Origin: a virus
Length of the DNA stretch: 44,231 nucleotides
IMG/VR virus record: IMGVR_UViG_3300045988_042325
Coordinates: 1 to 44,231 of that record
Strand: one strand, 5' to 3'
Made by a program: the position numbers and the translations under genes. Below are positions 41,811-44,231 of the stretch, piece by piece (positions within the stretch are counted from its first letter, which is position 1; each line of letters begins with the position of its first letter). The notes beneath the pieces are model-generated. The model saw only the letters and a list, made by a program, of their open reading frames with translations, was not told the DNA's origin and did no database searches.

Positions 41811-42320
41811 TTATAATTCAAATTCGTTGGTATATTGTACGGTTACTGGTAAAACCCAGTCCTGCACACCGTCAGCGTTTGGTTCCAGTCCATAACTGTT
41901 ATCACGGGTGATCCTCTTAATGATCCGGCCTTGTGACAGTGTAGGGAATGCCGCAAGCCGTGTTTCCTTGCCGTCAATCACCACTGGTTCTCTGCAAATC
42001 CATTTTCCAAGATTGTCCAGAAACGTTTGTACTGAGATCTTCTGACGTTCCCGCTCTGATGCAGTCCGGTAGATTATGAAAAACGGAAACTGACATTTCT
42101 GGAATACATTTCCGCACACATCTTCTGTCTCTGCGTACACCAGAGCGCCGTTATTGGCAGAAAATGCAATGCCACTGTCTTTCTCCATCTCTTCGAATTT
42201 AACAATTTCTCCATCGTATAACCCAGGATATTGATTAAGCAGTGACTTCACCGCTACGGTCAAAACCTCATACCCGGTTGCATCTAAACCAATCGGTTTT
42301 ACATCAGCCACGCTTGCCAC
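41811..42320 (-). CDS. Head-tail joining / tail terminator-position protein
   Basis: 169 aa. Third of three 'minor capsid'-type genes before the major tail gene. Confidence 0.6.
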   Translation of the reverse strand: MASVADVKPIGLDATGYEVLTVAVKSLLNQYPGLYDGEIVKFEEMEKDSGIAFSANNGALVYAETEDVCGNVFQKCQFPFFIIYRTASERERQKISVQTFLDNLGKWICREPVVIDGKETRLAAFPTLSQGRIIKRITRDNSYGLEPNADGVQDWVLPVTVQYTNEFEL

Positions 42321-42798
42321 CTCCCGCCGTTTCCTTTACCCTTCTCACCCACTTCTTACCGTCCACCGCTTTTGCAGCATCAAACCAGTGATCCTGTGCT
42401 TTTGGGTGTGCCTGGTGGGTGTACTCAATATTCTCTTTTGCCGCCGTCTTACCTGCGTACTGGCTTACCAATACTTTTTTTGCTCCTTCTTTCGCCCAGG
42501 GAGATCCGGTATTTTCATCCACCATCACTTTGCCCTCATAGAGATAGCGACCTTGCGGGGCATGTGCTGCATAGACCTGGCCAGAGCCTTGCACCGCTGC
42601 ACTTGCCGCACGTGTAGATCCTATAAATGATCCAGAGCCAACAATCATCGGCATAAACGGAACCATGCTATTCATTACATCGCCGTCTAGCTGATACTGC
42701 GCTTTCTTGTACTGCTCGTCAAACCGGGACAGACTTAGCTTTACTTTTAGATCTCCAGCAATGATGGAAAAGCCCTTAAAGTGAGTTGTTTTTGCCAT
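42304..42798 (-). CDS. Head-tail joining protein (minor capsid protein family)
   Basis: 164 aa. 'FDEQYKKAQYQLDGDVMNSMVPFMP' is a typical family N-terminus. Confidence 0.65.
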   Translation of the reverse strand: MAKTTHFKGFSIIAGDLKVKLSLSRFDEQYKKAQYQLDGDVMNSMVPFMPMIVGSGSFIGSTRAASAAVQGSGQVYAAHAPQGRYLYEGKVMVDENTGSPWAKEGAKKVLVSQYAGKTAAKENIEYTHQAHPKAQDHWFDAAKAVDGKKWVRRVKETAGGGKRG

Positions 42799-42806
42799 GT
42801 CAGCGC

Positions 42807-43271
42807 CTACTTTCCAAGAATCTCAAAATGAGGAATCACCGTATACGGGCCGCCAACGCTGGTGATCTTGAATACGTTATCCTTGCTTTTGTTCATGTAC
42901 TGGTAAAACCCACCACGGTAATCATCGTCATTCACCTCGCCACCAGTCCACTCGCCCTCCCAGAAAAAGTCTGTATCTGTAGAAAACGTGATAGTCTGAT
43001 TTAAAAGGTCATTGGTTTGATTCTTCCATTCTTTTGGCGGCAGCCAGGGAAGTTTTGCACCGTCTTTAGTAGTAATTACTTTTTGACCGTTGGACTCTGT
43101 AAAACGAATATGTAGCTGGGCATTGTCAGAAGAATCAGCACCATATTTTTTGATGATCGCTCCTCTGTCGGTGTTGAGATCAACGTTCGCCAAAGTGTGT
43201 GGATACCAGGTTGCTGCTCCTGTGGTATCAGATTGATAAAAGTTGAAAATTGTCAATATCTTGTCATACAT
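42807..43271 (-). CDS. Head-tail joining protein (minor capsid protein family)
   Basis: 154 aa. Call by synteny. Confidence 0.6.
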   Translation of the reverse strand: MYDKILTIFNFYQSDTTGAATWYPHTLANVDLNTDRGAIIKKYGADSSDNAQLHIRFTESNGQKVITTKDGAKLPWLPPKEWKNQTNDLLNQTITFSTDTDFFWEGEWTGGEVNDDDYRGGFYQYMNKSKDNVFKITSVGGPYTVIPHFEILGK

Positions 43272-43414
43272 CAGCTTCCACCTCTAAAACGATTCCCTTT
43301 TCTATCTAGCCTGGTTCCTCTGCTCGCTTCTTTGTCAAACTCCGAACGGTTTAAAAAATCATTCGTCTTTCTACGATCTTCTTTAATGACATACTGGTTT
43401 CTTTATTTGACATA

Positions 43415-43741
43415 TCATTTCTTGATTTGATCGGTTTTGCTCATTCTTTTCCACAGTTCCGTCAGCTTCTCCCAGCCATACATAGCCACAAAGGCAACAA
43501 TAAAGCCTGCCATGATCGCCGCCAGAATCATATACCATAAAATGATCATCTGAATATACTGCATATACGCCACAAAAGCGGATACGGTGATACCGATAGA
43601 TAGCACCAGCACCAAGGCATCCGTGGGGATCATGGAAAGGAACCCTACGCCCTTAAATACCTGGGTAACTACCGATACTAAAAACGCCAGAATCCCGATC
43701 ACCGCCAGGATCACGGTCATGTTTGCAAATAATGCTTCCAT
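43415..43741 (-). CDS. Holin-like membrane protein
   Basis: 108 aa with three or four TM segments and a charged C-terminus 'WEKLTELWKRMSKTDQIKK'. Not adjacent to the endolysin. Confidence 0.5.
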   Translation of the reverse strand: MEALFANMTVILAVIGILAFLVSVVTQVFKGVGFLSMIPTDALVLVLSIGITVSAFVAYMQYIQMIILWYMILAAIMAGFIVAFVAMYGWEKLTELWKRMSKTDQIKK

Positions 43742-44034
43742 TACTCTTTCACCTCCTCATAAGTCTTTTCAAAAATATCAGGCTTACACGGATAAAGCTC
43801 TCCGTTTACACCCTGGATAACATAGTCTCCAACAGAAACATGATGTGTTCCCTCTAATGTTTCGATATACAGCTCACACGGAGGTAAATCACAAGCTTCT
43901 GCGCCGTAATACATAATGCCTTTCTTATAAGCTTCTTGCGCCCAAAATGGAACGTAAAACAAGCCGTTCCGGTCTTTCAGATCACCATCATACTTAAATG
44001 CTTCAATGATAACAGGCTTTTTTCTAAACTTCAT
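43741..44034 (-). CDS. Hypothetical protein
   Basis: Start moved to ATG 44034 (MKFRKKPVIIEAFKY), with a GAAAGGA RBS. This N-terminus is common in small phage proteins. Confidence 0.6.
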   Translation of the reverse strand: MKFRKKPVIIEAFKYDGDLKDRNGLFYVPFWAQEAYKKGIMYYGAEACDLPPCELYIETLEGTHHVSVGDYVIQGVNGELYPCKPDIFEKTYEEVKE

Positions 44035-44112
44035 AAATAAAATCCTTTCGTTTGCCATAGGTGGAAATCCACTACCTTTAGGTAATGGGAGGAGCCTTGT
44101 TAACTGTTACCA

Positions 44113-44231
44113 AATATGCTACAATAGCCGTAGCAGTTCTTAAAGAGAAAACCGTTAGATGTGCTGCTCATTAAAGACACTCTTTTGTACATTGACAAGA
44201 TATGAGGTTGCAATACGAAATTCGTGTATTG
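44113..44231 (+). repeat. Terminal direct repeat copy 2 (identical to 1..119)
   Basis: Same as copy 1. Confidence 0.95.

Larger units (their letters stand above)
1..44231. mobile_element. Complete circularly closed temperate phage genome (unique length 44,112 bp), siphovirus-type gene order
   Basis: An identical 119-nt sequence at both window ends closes the circle. The genome contains integrase plus attP, a repressor switch, and recombination, packaging, head, tail and lysis genes. Confidence 0.9.

Overview
The window is a complete, circularly closed temperate siphovirus-type phage genome. The first 119 nt are repeated exactly at 44113..44231, so the unique length is 44,112 bp. Low GC, SD-type RBSs and an endolysin with choline-binding-type cell-wall repeats suggest a Firmicutes/Clostridia host (inference only). 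About 75 tightly packed genes, often joined by ATGA-type overlaps, run on the minus strand in one lytic direction: (1) Early and recombination genes lie from 24.9 to 13.1 kb: Gp157-like, Rad52/Sak-type annealase, NinB-like, PD-(D/E)xK resolvase-like, YopX, HNH. (2) Packaging and head genes lie from 13.1 to 1.2 kb: a TerS-TerL fusion terminase, portal, MuF-like minor head protein, scaffold, major capsid, two tRNA genes. (3) After wrap-around, head-tail joining, major tail, chaperones, tape measure, baseplate and fibre genes lie from 44.0 to 32.4 kb. The plus strand carries the lysogeny module (XRE repressor, ImmA/IrrE peptidase, SHOCT protein, tyrosine integrase), then attP, which contains a tRNA 3' fragment, then a small RHH-regulated moron region. 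The strongest hunt result is a Mu G-segment-like invertible tail-fibre tip switch. Perfect 90-bp inverted repeats (31455..31544 and 32670..32759) bracket two opposed alternative C-terminal receptor-binding cassettes plus a third decayed cassette. No serine invertase is present anywhere in the closed genome. Other notable items: a single-polypeptide TerS-TerL terminase; lysis genes scattered inside the morphogenesis operon; a terminator-insulated accessory module of Q/N/M-rich, Cys-rich membrane, TNF/C1q-like and ferritin-like proteins inside the head module; a tRNA-like gene with a non-canonical anticodon arm; a hairpin-dense ORF-free region; a candidate cis-antisense sRNA opposite tiny hydrophobic peptide ORFs; a 17 x 18-nt tandem array encoding a hexapeptide beta-helix; and several operator-like repeat arrays. 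All functional calls come from motif recognition by eye and from synteny. No database search was run.
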